In this document: positions 25,005 through 36,517 of the stretch, piece by piece
Numbering within the stretch: position 1 is the first letter of the stretch
Layout of the letters: each line of letters begins with the position of its first letter
Origin: Octopus bimaculoides
Taxonomy: Eukaryota
Reading direction: 5' to 3'
Assembly (NCBI RefSeq): GCF_001194135.2
Contig: NC_068982.1
Span: 99,553,047 to 99,611,109, forward strand
DNA: 58,063 bases
Made by a program: the position numbers and the translations under genes
Notes under the pieces: generated by a model
Seen by the model: the letters and a program-made list of their open reading frames with translations, nothing else
Databases searched by the model: none
Told to the model about the DNA's origin: nothing

Positions 25005-25266
25005 TGTCCTGAACACAAGTGCTTTCACATAACACCACTGTGAAGATACTTTTTCCGAGATCACTGGATGGAAACAATTGAATGAGGACCATTTTACTTA
25101 TAAAGGACTTCGAAAGATTTGAACATGTACCCTGAGGTAGAAAAGGAGTTCCGCCCATAGATATTTTTGTTGAAAGCACATTTTTAAAGTATACACTTTA
25201 GTTTGCTTATAAGTGGTTTAGCATCGTCATGTATAGAGTATCATCAGTATTAACATCATTATTATT

Positions 25267-25326
25267 AAGGCCGCGAGCTAACAGAATCGTTAGCACGCAG
25301 AAGAAAATGCCTATAGGTATTTCATT
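25267..25326 (+). mobile_element. SINE family 1, 5' head only
   Basis: aaggccgcgagctaacagaatcgttagcacgcagaagaaaatgcctataggtatttc; homology stops before the B box. Confidence 0.7.
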
Positions 25327-25330
25327 AGAC

Positions 25331-25378
25331 GGGTGCTGATGAAGAAGCAAAAACTCCTGAAATATAGCATATACGCCC
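25331..25378 (+). ncRNA. Type I minimal hammerhead ribozyme fold
   Basis: Stem I GGGUG/CGCCC (one G-U), CUGAUGA 25336-25342, stem II AGAAG/CUCCU (one A-C) with CAAAAA loop, GAAA 25359-25362, stem III UAU-AGC-AUA, cleavage triplet AUA; predicted cut after 25373. Confidence 0.7.
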
Positions 25379-27963
25379 ATTACTCTTTTTCCTCTTCAAG
25401 CTCATTCTTTGTTTACATCTGACGTATCGGATAAGAAACGCAGTAACAAAAAGTAGTGCTGGTTATAACTTCTATAGAATATTCGTAGAGATAATCTTAA
25501 CAAGTGATGTAAAGTGCACTTCTAACACAGTAGAACACGGTATTGACTTATAAAAACATTTAATATATTTTACAGTATATTATGATTGTATAACGAAATA
25601 CCGCGCCCCTAAAAGTCATTAATAAACTTCTCTCTCCCACTTTTCCTCTTGCTCCTCGTCTCTCCCTTCAACTAACCACCACGTGACAGCGTAACACATT
25701 TGGTCTTTGCGTATTAATACATAAAAACTTACACACACCCACACATTATATACACACACACATACTCATGATTACATATATACATATATACATATGTATG
25801 TATACATCTTTATCTCTTCTTATCTACTTCTTTCTATCACTCCTTCCTCTCTCTTTACACATCTGCTTTACACTTCACTACGGTTTTAGAAAATAATAGC
25901 AATCTGATAAACAGGCAACAATTTTTTATGTATCCTATTACAAAAGTAATCATCTCAACAGGCAACAAGAGCGAAGACGACAGTAGCTGTAGTGACCACG
26001 GCATAGTAGAATTGGTATCTACATTAATGATAGCAACGCAACAAGAAGGTTAACAAACTCCAACCAAAGATCCTTGAAGTATTCGCACCAGCGAATCTCC
26101 CTTACATTATACGTTTTCACCTAATAAAAAGAATACATTTGAGATTCTAGCCTTAGATGCATTATATTTGAAGAAAACACGGATGGTCATCTCTTGTTCA
26201 TGGGTGTATTTGGTGGGTGTTGAGTTGGAGCTTAGTAAAAACAAAACAAATACACATGTAATAACTAAAGTAAACATGGTAATATACGAGGAGGAAGTAG
26301 ACAATGGAAGAAGAAATTTTGAAATAGTTAAGTAAAAGTAATAGAATATCTAATCTTTGTTTCATAGAAAGGAAACAATAAAATTGATATAAAGTTTGTT
26401 GTTAAAACTACATTGAAATAAACGTTATATATGCGTGTGTGGATGTGTACGTGTCGTATCATAGATAATTGTCCAAATATAGAATCAAGAATAAGAAGCG
26501 ATTTAGGGAGAGAAGTTGGTTTAGCTGTAAAGGCTCTAAAGATGCAAGTGCTTTTGTTGATTATAGTTATTTTAGGGAATTAATGTAGGCGGGGGTCATT
26601 ATTATTCGAAACAGTGAGAAAAAATGAAACAAAGAAATGAGTAAAATACAAGAAACATAAAAGAGAAAGGAAAGAAAATCATAGGAAATAGAGAGTGTTT
26701 AGATTTGTCATTAAATAGTAAAATATGAGCAAGTGATAATAAAGGTTTACGTCACAAGTGGTGTTAGTTTCTCCCACGGGGCTATATTTTCAACCTTTAG
26801 CGTGCAGCACGTTCGTGAGATTAAGAAGTTCGTTTTATAAACATGTGAGGGTAGGCTCAGTCCTACTGCGTTGTTTCTTGGTCAAGTATCTTTTACCATA
26901 GCTTCAGATTGATTCAAGACTTGTGAGTGAAATTTGATAGACGGAAACTATGCGGAAACCAACTTCCTATACTATGTTTGTGATTAGGTAGAAGACCTAA
27001 TACTTTCTCCTATTTAATATCACCGCCTGACAGCTGGTTGCCTTTAGCGGAATCCACTATGTTGCAATCAATCAGGATAAATATCAAACTTTGAACTGTA
27101 GCCTCACTCTCCCATTTTCCATACTAATTTCAGAATCCCTGAAAAATTCCTCTGGGTACTACTCTACCTCAAACTATAAAAGAAATTTCAATAATTCGCT
27201 TTTGTAATCTTTTGAATGAGTTTAGGCTTTCGGTTAATACAATATTGCAGAACTAAATAATCTGATTTTTTGTTTCTTTTTTTAATAAAATATCTATATA
27301 TTGTCTGAGTACATTTGATCAGTGATTGTTATATTGATTTGATGAATTAATTGTAAATATCAAAATATATCTTGAGAAAAATTTAACTGATTTATTCGAC
27401 TCTCTTTTGAGAAATGCGCAAAAATATTTGCTGGAGTTATCAAAGTCGTCNNNNNNNNNNNNNNNNNNNNNNNNNNNNNNNNNNNNNNNNNNNNNNNNNN
27501 NNNNNNNNNNNNNNNNNNNNNNNNNNNNNNNNNNNNNNNNNNNNNNNNNNNNNNNNNNNNNNNNNNNNNNNNNNNNNNNNNNNNNNNNNNNNNNNNNNNN
27601 NNNNNNNNNNNNNNNNNNNNNNNNNNNNNNNNNNNNNNNNNNNNNNNNNNNNNNNNNNNNNNNNNNNNNNNNNNNNNNNNNNNNNNNNNNNNNNNNNNNN
27701 NNNNNNNNNNNNNNNNNNNNNNNNNNNNNNNNNNNNNNNNNNNNNNNNNNNNNNNNNNNNNNNNNNNNNNNNNNNNNNNNNNNNNNNNNNNNNNNNNNNN
27801 NNNNNNNNNNNNNNNNNNNNNNNNNNNNNNNNNNNNNNNNNNNNNNNNNNNNNNNNNNNNNNNNNNNNNNNNNNNNNNNNNNGGTTAATTGGTTAAATAT
27901 CTGGACAACTAATTAATCGATAGTTTGAATAACGTGTTGGTTAAACAATTAATTCATTGTTTG

Positions 27964-28010
27964 TAAGTCAAAGTCCTTTCGTCACTGTTCGAGACCTCTT
28001 CAGTAACTTA
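27964..28010 (-). ncRNA. Type I minimal hammerhead ribozyme fold (PLE/retrozyme-like)
   Basis: Minus strand UAAGUUA CUGAAGA G GUCUC GAACA GUGAC GAAA GGAC U U UGACUUA: 7-bp stem I (one G-U), intact core, stem II 4/5 paired, one extra nt after A9, near-palindromic stem III AGGACU. Confidence 0.65.
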
Positions 28011-29181
28011 GGGACTTCCTCTCTCGCTCCAAGGTCAAGACACAAAAAAAAAATGTTAAAGATGTTATAGAGTTTTAAGCGGCAAGTTATTTGTTTAATG
28101 TAAGTTGATGAAATAATTAATTACTACAAAAGCAAGTAATATAGTTAAACATCAAATGCTTCATTATTCATAATCCGGGGTTCAATAAGGATTTAGACCT
28201 ATTAACATTAGAGCAATGACATATAGGTAGTGTTACTTCAATATCTTCCCCAATGACACTTGTAACACACTTAAAGCAAAATGTCTATAACAGTGAATCA
28301 AAATATTGTCTGACTGACTAGAATTTGTGAAATGATTTTAGTTACAGCGGAAAATATCCATTATCAAAGATTTTATCAAGCTTATCTAAGCCACTCTAAT
28401 ATAATATGCAGCTAGATTGCTTGAACAACACTTGGTTGAGTCATATAATCCATTGTAACAAGAAAGATTGGAAGATTGTTAGAAGTGACATATGTTATAA
28501 GAACAATATCAGTCGTAAATACGTCATTTCGTACTGCTAACTTGCTTACGGTGAATGTTCCAGCTTAATTTGTAAACGGTTGCATCTCTCTTTACATTCA
28601 ACCAATGCAAATTGAAGTAATCTTCAGTTATGATTTCCAGAAAAGATTACGATGGTAATTCGCCTTGCTACGTGCATTGCATTGGAAATATATAAATACA
28701 CGAATAAACTGTTCGGTAGAAGGGAGATTGCTTGAAGGGAGAAGTTTTAGTTCTTATTTTCTTCATTTCATTTTCAGCATATCTCGACAATAATAGCCTG
28801 GGGATCTATTTATGTATTCATTATTCATTATTACTTACAGCAGTGGATATGGATGAGACAGTAGACTTAATGCTATAAGGTATATATGCGTAAGGTTCAC
28901 CATACGTAATATAGTGAGGATATAATGAATTCAAAAACTTTGATTAACTGAAATTCTTGATAAAAGTAGTAAACTAAAACTTCCTATAGAAGTCTTTAAA
29001 TTTAGACGGATAGAAAAAGGAGATAACTCCAATATGATCCATTATTTGTAATATCAGAAAATATAGAAAATGTTATATGGGACAGGTTTTGGTCATCAAG
29101 TGAATCGTCGAGAGCAGCTGACATAATTCTGTATTAATAGACGACCTCAGCACTTCACTGTTTTCTATTTCAGTAGAAACC

Positions 29182-29227
29182 AAATTTAAGCAAGAGGCCA
29201 GCGATAACGTGTAAATACGCAGAAATC
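29182..29227 (+). repeat. 46-bp direct repeat, copy 1 (copy 2 at 30309-30354)
   Basis: aaatttaagcaagaggccagcgataacgtg[t/c]aaatacgcagaaatc, 45/46 identical. Confidence 0.9.
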
Positions 29228-29396
29228 CCATATTTAGCAATTTCACCACACCTGCTGGACACTTTCCGTGTGCCGCTGATACACTTTTGTTCTTTTTAGC
29301 ACTATATGTCTATACGAAAAGCTTTCTCATGACAAATACTACAGTGTTGTAGCTTTTTTACAGTATATCCACGTTAAGTATGACATATACACGTGC

Positions 29397-29400
<4 letters not shown>

Positions 29401-29443
<43 letters not shown>
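29401..29443. repeat. (GT)n microsatellite; a (CATA)n tract lies at ~29750-29857
   Basis: Direct reading. Confidence 0.95.
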
Positions 29444-29449
<6 letters not shown>

Positions 29450-30534
29450 AATATAAACAGCTAGGCGCAATGTAATACCATAAAGGAAAAAACTTATCGT
29501 TACTAAATGTAACTGAGAGTGTCGAAGCAGCTACATTGCTAGTAAGAGTTAAAAACTCTTAACGCTGTCAAAAGAGCGCAATATATATACACTGATAGGG
29601 GAGGTAACCACCCCATGGCCGTCTCTAAAATCACCAGTCTAGACCATTTTCGCTTATTTCGTAGGCATCATCGGTAGTGTCGGTTTGGTTAAAACCGTTT
29701 GCCAGTATATATATTTTTATCATAATAATTTATGGCTGAAATAGCTATATACATGCACGCATACATACATGCATGCATACATACATACATACTTGCATAC
29801 ACACAAACATACATACATACATACATACATACATACATACATACATACATACATACGTCAACAACTCAAATGTAAGATTTGTTCCCCAAAGATGGAGGCT
29901 TGTATCATCAGTCGATGGAATCAATTTACAAATTTGCAACAAACATCAAATTGCTGTTGACTAAAAGAATTTCCGACGTCGACTATGCTCCCGCCACCAA
30001 AGAAATGCAGATTAACCAGATTTGAATATATTGCAGTGGGTGTTTTCTTTGTTTTAGGCCATTTTCCGACGATAAGATATTGACACTACTTATACATTAT
30101 AAGTAGCGTATATTTCATGAAAACGTTTTTGTCCAGTTTGGCAGAGGAAATGAGAACATTTTTGTTGGTGCCCTGTTGATGCTTCATGTTAGCATCCCGC
30201 GCACCACCGGACCATGTGCGTGTCTGTGCGGCTGGGTAAAGGCACAACAAACCCATTCATCCATTCTCCAGAAGTGCACTGTTGATGTTTCACGTTTCCT
30301 GCGCAACGAAATTTAAGCAAGAGGCCAGCGATAACGTGCAAATACGCAGAAATCTGTCATCCATATCTGAACTATATAATGTAAAATGTTCATACGAAAA
30401 AAAAAAACGGCCATTGTGACTCACAGCCATTTGAGTTTAACCGTGTGACCACTTCCGGAAGCTACGCTCGCCACCTGGAGTTGGTTCCCCCCCCCACCTG
30501 TGTTCCCTCCCCCGTTTAGTCGGACGAGTAAATA

Positions 30535-30950
30535 CAGGGTGTCCCAGAATTACTGATGATTTGAGTGAAATCGGGTGCATTTTTTAAAACTCGCTTTCAT
30601 TTATGTTTATTATGTTTAATATGTTAAAAGTGTATAAATTTTGAATTTTGTTTATAATTTTATTTCCATTCCTGTTGGATCCCTTTTATTTGTCCATGAC
30701 AACTTGTTTTCAATTTGGCAGCAATCATTTTCTTTACCTCCATCCCCAAGATGGATCAATCATTTAGCTGAGCTTAAAGAACACATTCAGACAGCAGTGA
30801 AGTAACTAACTCTTGAAATGCTTCAAAATGTGTTTCCCAACGCTAAGGAGAGATTTTGAAGTATGCAGGGATAGAGACAAGCTGAAAATTTTCATTATAA
30901 GTTTGACGTAAGACCTATAAATCTATCTGTTTTGGTAATAAACATAAAAT
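30535..30950 (+). mobile_element. Tc1/mariner-superfamily non-autonomous remnant
   Basis: TA|CAGGGTGTCCCA end; HLAELKEHIQTAV..LEMLQNVF resembles a transposase C-terminus; partner TIR not found. Confidence 0.4.
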
Positions 30951-30994
30951 TCTGTCAGTTTTTTTTTTTAATTTCCTCATTTTCATTGAAACAG

Positions 30995-33017
30995 ATAGAT
31001 AAATAAGATTGACGCGTGTCGCGGATGGCCTGATTGGGAAAGCACAAACCTGTGCAGTCCCCAGCAGAACCATCCAGGACAATCTTCATCTTATACGCTA
31101 CACCGTAGAAGGGTATGGTAATGATTCTGGCAACGGTGGGGCACTGGTCCATTTAGACCAAGCTAAAGCATTCGATAGGGTAGACCATCGTTACCTGGTT
31201 TCTGTTCTCGCGCAGTTTGGACTGGGTCTTAGTTTCCTCAGGTGGATCATAAAGTTGTACAATAACATCGACTCGATCGTTCGGGTGAACGGCTTTCTTT
31301 CAAAGCCGTTCTGCATCAAACGGTCGGTTCGCCAAGGGTGTCCACTCTCACCGCTTTTATACGTAGTGGCCCTCGAGCCATTGCTGCGAAAGCTGAGGGG
31401 CGTCCCGAAGAATCCAGCAGGTGGAGGATCGGTTACAGCGAACGCGGACGACATCACTATCATCGTGACCAAGATGGAACACCTACAGAAAGTAGGCGAA
31501 ACCATCAAGGTTTACGAGACGGTGGCAGGAGCAAAACTTAATTGGGAAAAATCAGTCGGCTTGCAACTCGGCACCTGGAGGGCAAGTCAATGCCTTTGAA
31601 TAGCATCGTAGGACGCTGGACGGAGGGCCCGGTTAAGTTGCTAGTAATCTGGTTTGGTCCAGATCTCCAGATAGAAAAGAATTGGTCCGAGGTATCAAGC
31701 AAGGTGACCCACATAGTCAAGACCTGGTCTTGGCGGTGCCTATCCTTGAAAGGGAGGGTGGAGGTGGCTAATGTGTTTATCGCATCGGTCATTGTTTCCC
31801 GCCTAACCGTCGTTCCTTGTCCAGATTCGTGGTTGAGCAAGTTGGAGAGGCAAATCTTTCGCTTTTTATGGAAGAACTCTACTCCACTTGTAAAAAGTTC
31901 TATTTTCTGTCAAAAGCCGTTAAAGGGTGGGTTAGGGATGCCTTGGCTGTTGATGCACAAGCATGCACTGAGGTTGAGGCATCTCAGGCTCTACTTGGAT
32001 AGTGAACGGGTGTGGTCTCCGCTCGCTAAACAGATGTTTCCCAGCTTTACTAGTTTTGGTGGTAGAGAAAACTGGTTTCGTCGAAGATTGAGGTTGGGTA
32101 TCTGGTATACGGAGTGCCGCAAGGCTCTCCTCCAGTTCCGCAACTCTGACAATGCCAGCGGTTTCGGTACCACCGCGGCTTACTCTAGTAGGTTGGTAGA
32201 GGCCCTGGGAAGGACCCTGGGTCTCAATGACAATCAGTTAGACAGCCTGTTCCGAAGAACATTCGGGCCGAAGACACTGGATAACTTCCAAAAGTCTTTG
32301 GCCTGGCAGTGTTACCGAGGAGCCCTACCCGTTTCGGATAAGCTCACCAGACACGGCTACCCTGGGCCGTCGGCCTGTTCAAGTTGCGGGCGGGACGTGG
32401 AAACGGTCCTGCACGCTATTGTTCAGTGTCCGGGTATATCAGAAGTGTAGATTTATGCAGAACACCTGTTGTCAGAAAGGAGAAGATTACAGCTGTCGTC
32501 TGAGTCAATTCTAAAAATTAACCCACCGGATTTCCTTACAGAAGAAGGTAAGAATTGTTTTCTCGTTGTAGTAGCAATTGCGAGAGAGGTGAAATGAAAG
32601 TCGAGAATGAAAGGTACTGTGACAGACAGCTTTGTCTCCGGCCTTACTTTGGTGAATGTTTTCACTTTTCACCTGAAAAGGATGGTGGGGCTGGAAAGGA
32701 GGTGCCTATCAGAGTGTATGTTCAAAAAAGATGGACGTGTGTAGCACGTATGCTGGGAGTGAAAGGCTCTGCATGAGCACGTGATAAAGATTACTAAAGG
32801 TGTCGGTTGAGAAGACAGAGCTCGTGGGGTCGGAGCATATCTGTGTTTTAAACCCCATATTGTCGTCCATTATATGTTATTGTCTTTTGTGTCACATTCG
32901 ATTTTTTTCATTTTGTCATTATAAATGTTTATACCATCTGTTGTATATGACCTCCCGATCATATTACATTGTCCCCTCTATGTACGCCTGTAATAGGTAA
33001 TAAAAAAAGAAATAAAA
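30995..33017 (+). mobile_element. L1/Tx1-clade LINE, 5'-truncated ORF2 (RT plus C-terminal zinc finger), pseudogenised
   Basis: TIQDNLHLIR, LDQAKAFDRVDH, SVRQGCPLSPLLY, ANADDIT, KLNWEKS, LGMPWL, CSSCGRDVETVLHAIVQCP; frameshift near 31581 links ORFs 31009-31599 and 31542-32450; TAG at 32448; A-rich 3' end. Confidence 0.9.
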
Positions 33018-33019
33018 CG

Positions 33020-34009
33020 TTTGGTGAGGAAATGACCAGTGAGTGGTCAGCTCGGAAATGGTTTAAACAATTTCGCTGAGTAGACCTGAGCCTTGAAGAT
33101 CGTAAGCGTAGTAGACACCTATCTGTCATCGATGACGGTCAATTAAAGTCCGTCATTGAGAAAGATCCACGTAAAAGCACTCGAGAAGTGACAAAAGAAC
33201 TTCAAGTTAGCCAAAAAACTGCCAGCAACCATTTGCATGCGATCGGAAAATCAAAAAAGCTCAACAAATGGATACCACACGATTTAAATGAAAATCGGAA
33301 AATGCGTAGATATGAAATTTGCTCGTTGCTTCTTCGTAACCAGACCGATCCATTTATCCACCGTATTGTAACTTCTGATGAAAAGTGGATTCTGTACAAT
33401 AATAAAAAACGTTCTTTGCAGTGGTTGGACCAAAATGAAGTACCGAAAACCTTCCCTAAACCCGAGCTCTTCAAAACGAAGATTATGGTGACTGTTTGGT
33501 GGTGTACTGCTGGACTCATCCGCTATAACCCAGAAAAAACATTACTGCAAAAGCATATTGCTATGAAATTGCCAAAATGAACTAAAAACTGGTACTCCTG
33601 CGTCCCAGACTGGTGAACAGAAGAGAACCAATAATTCTTCGTGACAATGCTTGACCACATGTTTCACTAATGACGTTCCAGAAGTTGAGGGAACTTGGCT
33701 ACGAAGTTCTTCCTCAACCAGCTTATTCCTTAGAACTTTCTCGTGCCGACTACCACTTTATCAAGCACCTTTACGGTTTCCTGCAAGAGAAAGAGTTCGA
33801 AAATCAAACCGATGCTGAAAGTGTGTTCAAAGAGTTCATCAGCTCAAGAACTCCAGATGTTTATGTTACCGGAATAAACAAACTTGTAACTTGTTAGCAA
33901 AAGTGTGTTGATTGTAATGGTACTTTGATGAATAAAATTTCTGCATTGTTGAAATATATTGTGATGAATTTCATGTTTCAAAAGGTTGCTTACTTTCTAC
34001 TCGGCCTAA
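33020..34009 (+). mobile_element. Mariner (DD34D) transposon lacking its 5' end; pseudogenised transposase
   Basis: ARKWFKQFR, KWIPHDL, RIVTSDEKWILYNN, KIMVTVWW, IILRDNA*PH, QPAYSLELSRADYHF; 3' TIR ..tactttctactcggcctaa followed by TA at 34010-34011. Confidence 0.9.
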
Positions 34010-35263
34010 TAAAACTGCAGTCGGAGATAACACAGAAATGATGGAGCGCATACAATTACGCCAAACAACAAACCAATAAGAGAACGCACAAACAGCTACG
34101 TAAATACCACAATAACAGCAATACTTCTCTCAATAAATGTATGACTAAATGGTTACGAAGTTTGTTTTGCGGCAATGTGGTACCGGGTTTGATCCCACTG
34201 CGTCGTATTTTGGTTCAAATACCATTTTCTATGTCTTTGGATCGGCCCATATTTTACGAGTATATTTTGGTTTGCAGAAACTATACAAAAACACGTCGGA
34301 GAGATTGAACAAGTAATTCAAAAGTATATCATTGTCATACAATGTGTCGCGCTGATCCTAGCTTAGAAGCGTGTTAAGAGTGCACGTCTATCTTGAGTAT
34401 ATATCTCCTTACTCTCTAATTGGATGAACAGATAATTAGTTGATCAGAAAACATAACTAAATTTTCATTGTTGAAACCCACGGAAATCCATCCATATATA
34501 TGTGTATACGTTCACACACACACACACACACATTTATATGTATATATCCAATGATCATATCATTTTACAACCATTTCCCACTGGAAATACAACAATAATT
34601 ACCCAAGTTCTTTCATGACATTTAGCAGTCCAGCTGTCCCTTGCACACATATAGTCTCGTAATATAAAGAGCAGGTGGTTTGATGCATTTCAAATAGCGT
34701 TGAAGGAGACACTTTATAACATATGATCAAATTACTTCAGAATAAAATTTGTTTTTCATCAATTTGAAATAGATAAACTAAGCAGCAGATCCATACTAAA
34801 TAGATTGAGGCAACTCTACACAACGCTTATACAAAATTGGATTTGAGTCAAGTCAAAAGAAATCAATATACAATACGGTTTGAAGCCTGTTCACTATAGT
34901 TTCAGTTAAAAGGCCTGGAGAAATTCCATTATAGAAACAAAGTGAAAAGTCTAGGGCAATGAGTTAAAGACATTTCAGAACTTCTTACAATATTCATTCA
35001 TATCGGACTCTGGGCTCAAATCATAACGGGATTTAATTTGTCCTTCATCCCTCAAAAAGTCGATTAACAAAATACTTGTTTCATAAAAAAGTGGATTAAA
35101 GGTGGTTGTTGGCAAAATCACTGAAACTGAATCTAATAGTATTTATAGTATTTAGCTATGTTCCGATACGTATAAACCTCTCTGGGTTGGATAAACAAAA
35201 TAAATAATAGTAATTTATTAACAATCGATTTAATCGACTTATATTCTTTCGTTATAAATATGT

Positions 35264-35654
35264 CGTGGCACTCTGTCGGTTACGACGACGTGGGTTCCAG
35301 TTGATCCGATCAACGGAACAGCCTGCTCGTGAAATTAACGTGTAAGTGACTGAGCACTCCACAGACACGTGGATTCTGTACAATAATAGCGTAGTTCTCG
35401 GGGAGATTCAGCATGACACAGAGTGTGACAAGGCTAGCCCTTTGTAATACAGGTACAACAGAAACAGGAAGAAACAGTGAGAGAAAGTTGTGGTGAAAGA
35501 GTACAGCAGGGTTCGCCACCACCCTCTGCCGGAGCCTCGTGGAGCTTTAGGTGTTTTCGCTCAATAAACACTCACAAAGCACGGTCTGGGAATCAAAACC
35601 ACGATCCTACGACCGCGAGTCCGCTGCCCTAACCACTGAGCCAATGCGCCTCCA
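35264..35654 (-). mobile_element. SINE family 3, full length with target-site duplication
   Basis: Minus-strand tRNA-like head tggaggcgcattggctcagtggttagggcagcggactcgcgg..ggttttgattccc; 11-bp TSD TATAAATATGT at 35253-35263 and 35655-35665. Confidence 0.9.
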
Positions 35655-36000
35655 TATAAATATGTAGTAATGGATGAAATCAGTTTACTGTATAGACTTA
35701 GTCTACTGTTCTCTCTCTCTCTCTTAAAAATTGAATTTGTGTCTAATCAAAAAAAAAAAAAATCATAAAGTAAGCGAAGGAATATGTAGAAAACGAACTT
35801 TTGATCTTAGCATATTAATAAATGCGCAATATATATTGATATGAACCATTAAAAAAATAACCAATCACAATGTACTTATTTATTTAAATTGGTTCTATTC
35901 TTCGGTGTTTCGTTACGAAAGTATATTACGACTCAGAGGAGACGAAATCAGAATTCATTTTAATGTTGTAGCTGAGGTAGCACTAACGCTTAAGTCAAGG

Positions 36001-36499
36001 GTGAGTTTATATTTATTTTTATGCTTACAGAAAGTGATTTTTATGTGTGTAATATTTGTTTTCCTGACACTAAATCAACGTGGAAAAACTTTCAGAACTT
36101 CGAGGGAATTTTGTAAATCAATGTAACAATGAATGTCATTTTTAACCCGTCGATGTATATATCCTGATATATCTGTCTGTTATAGAAATTATTTCAATCA
36201 CTTTTTTTTTCCTTTACCTCGTGGACGATAAAGTATATTCTCGTTTCCTAATACTTTAATTAATTTCTGGTAAGAGCTTCCATATTGTGGAGATCGTGAT
36301 CATTCTATTATAAATTCCTCCGTAGATAACTAGCATATAACCCTCTGTACACACTCTTTTCAAACTGAAACTAATCAAATGTAAATGCTTCCAAAAAGCT
36401 TCTCTTTAATGTTAAAATATTGTGTTCACAGAAACTAAATTTTGTGCTCTGCCTTAACTGTAGTAAAGCATATTAAACTATTTTAGCATTTATTTTCAG
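36001..36499 (+). other. Candidate 5'-UTR intron of BTB gene 1
   Basis: Strong donor AAGG|GTGAGT at 36001; acceptor tttattttcAG at 36498-36499, 18 nt before the ATG. Confidence 0.55.
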
Positions 36500-36517
36500 A
36501 CATCTTCAGTTAAAAAT

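Noticed and set aside
26107-26304. Short minus-strand ORF with a hydrophobic, signal-peptide-like start
   Set aside because: Hydrophobicity is explained by T-rich sequence; no dibasic sites, homology or clear gene structure
30955-33020. Tx1 LINE as a clean insertion into the mariner
   Set aside because: The left flank belongs to a different Tc1/mariner-like element; no mariner 5' half or TSD was found
35575-35654. tRNA-like sequences (this and the other SINE heads) as tRNA genes
   Set aside because: They continue into SINE bodies, lack a complete cloverleaf and are bounded by TSDs
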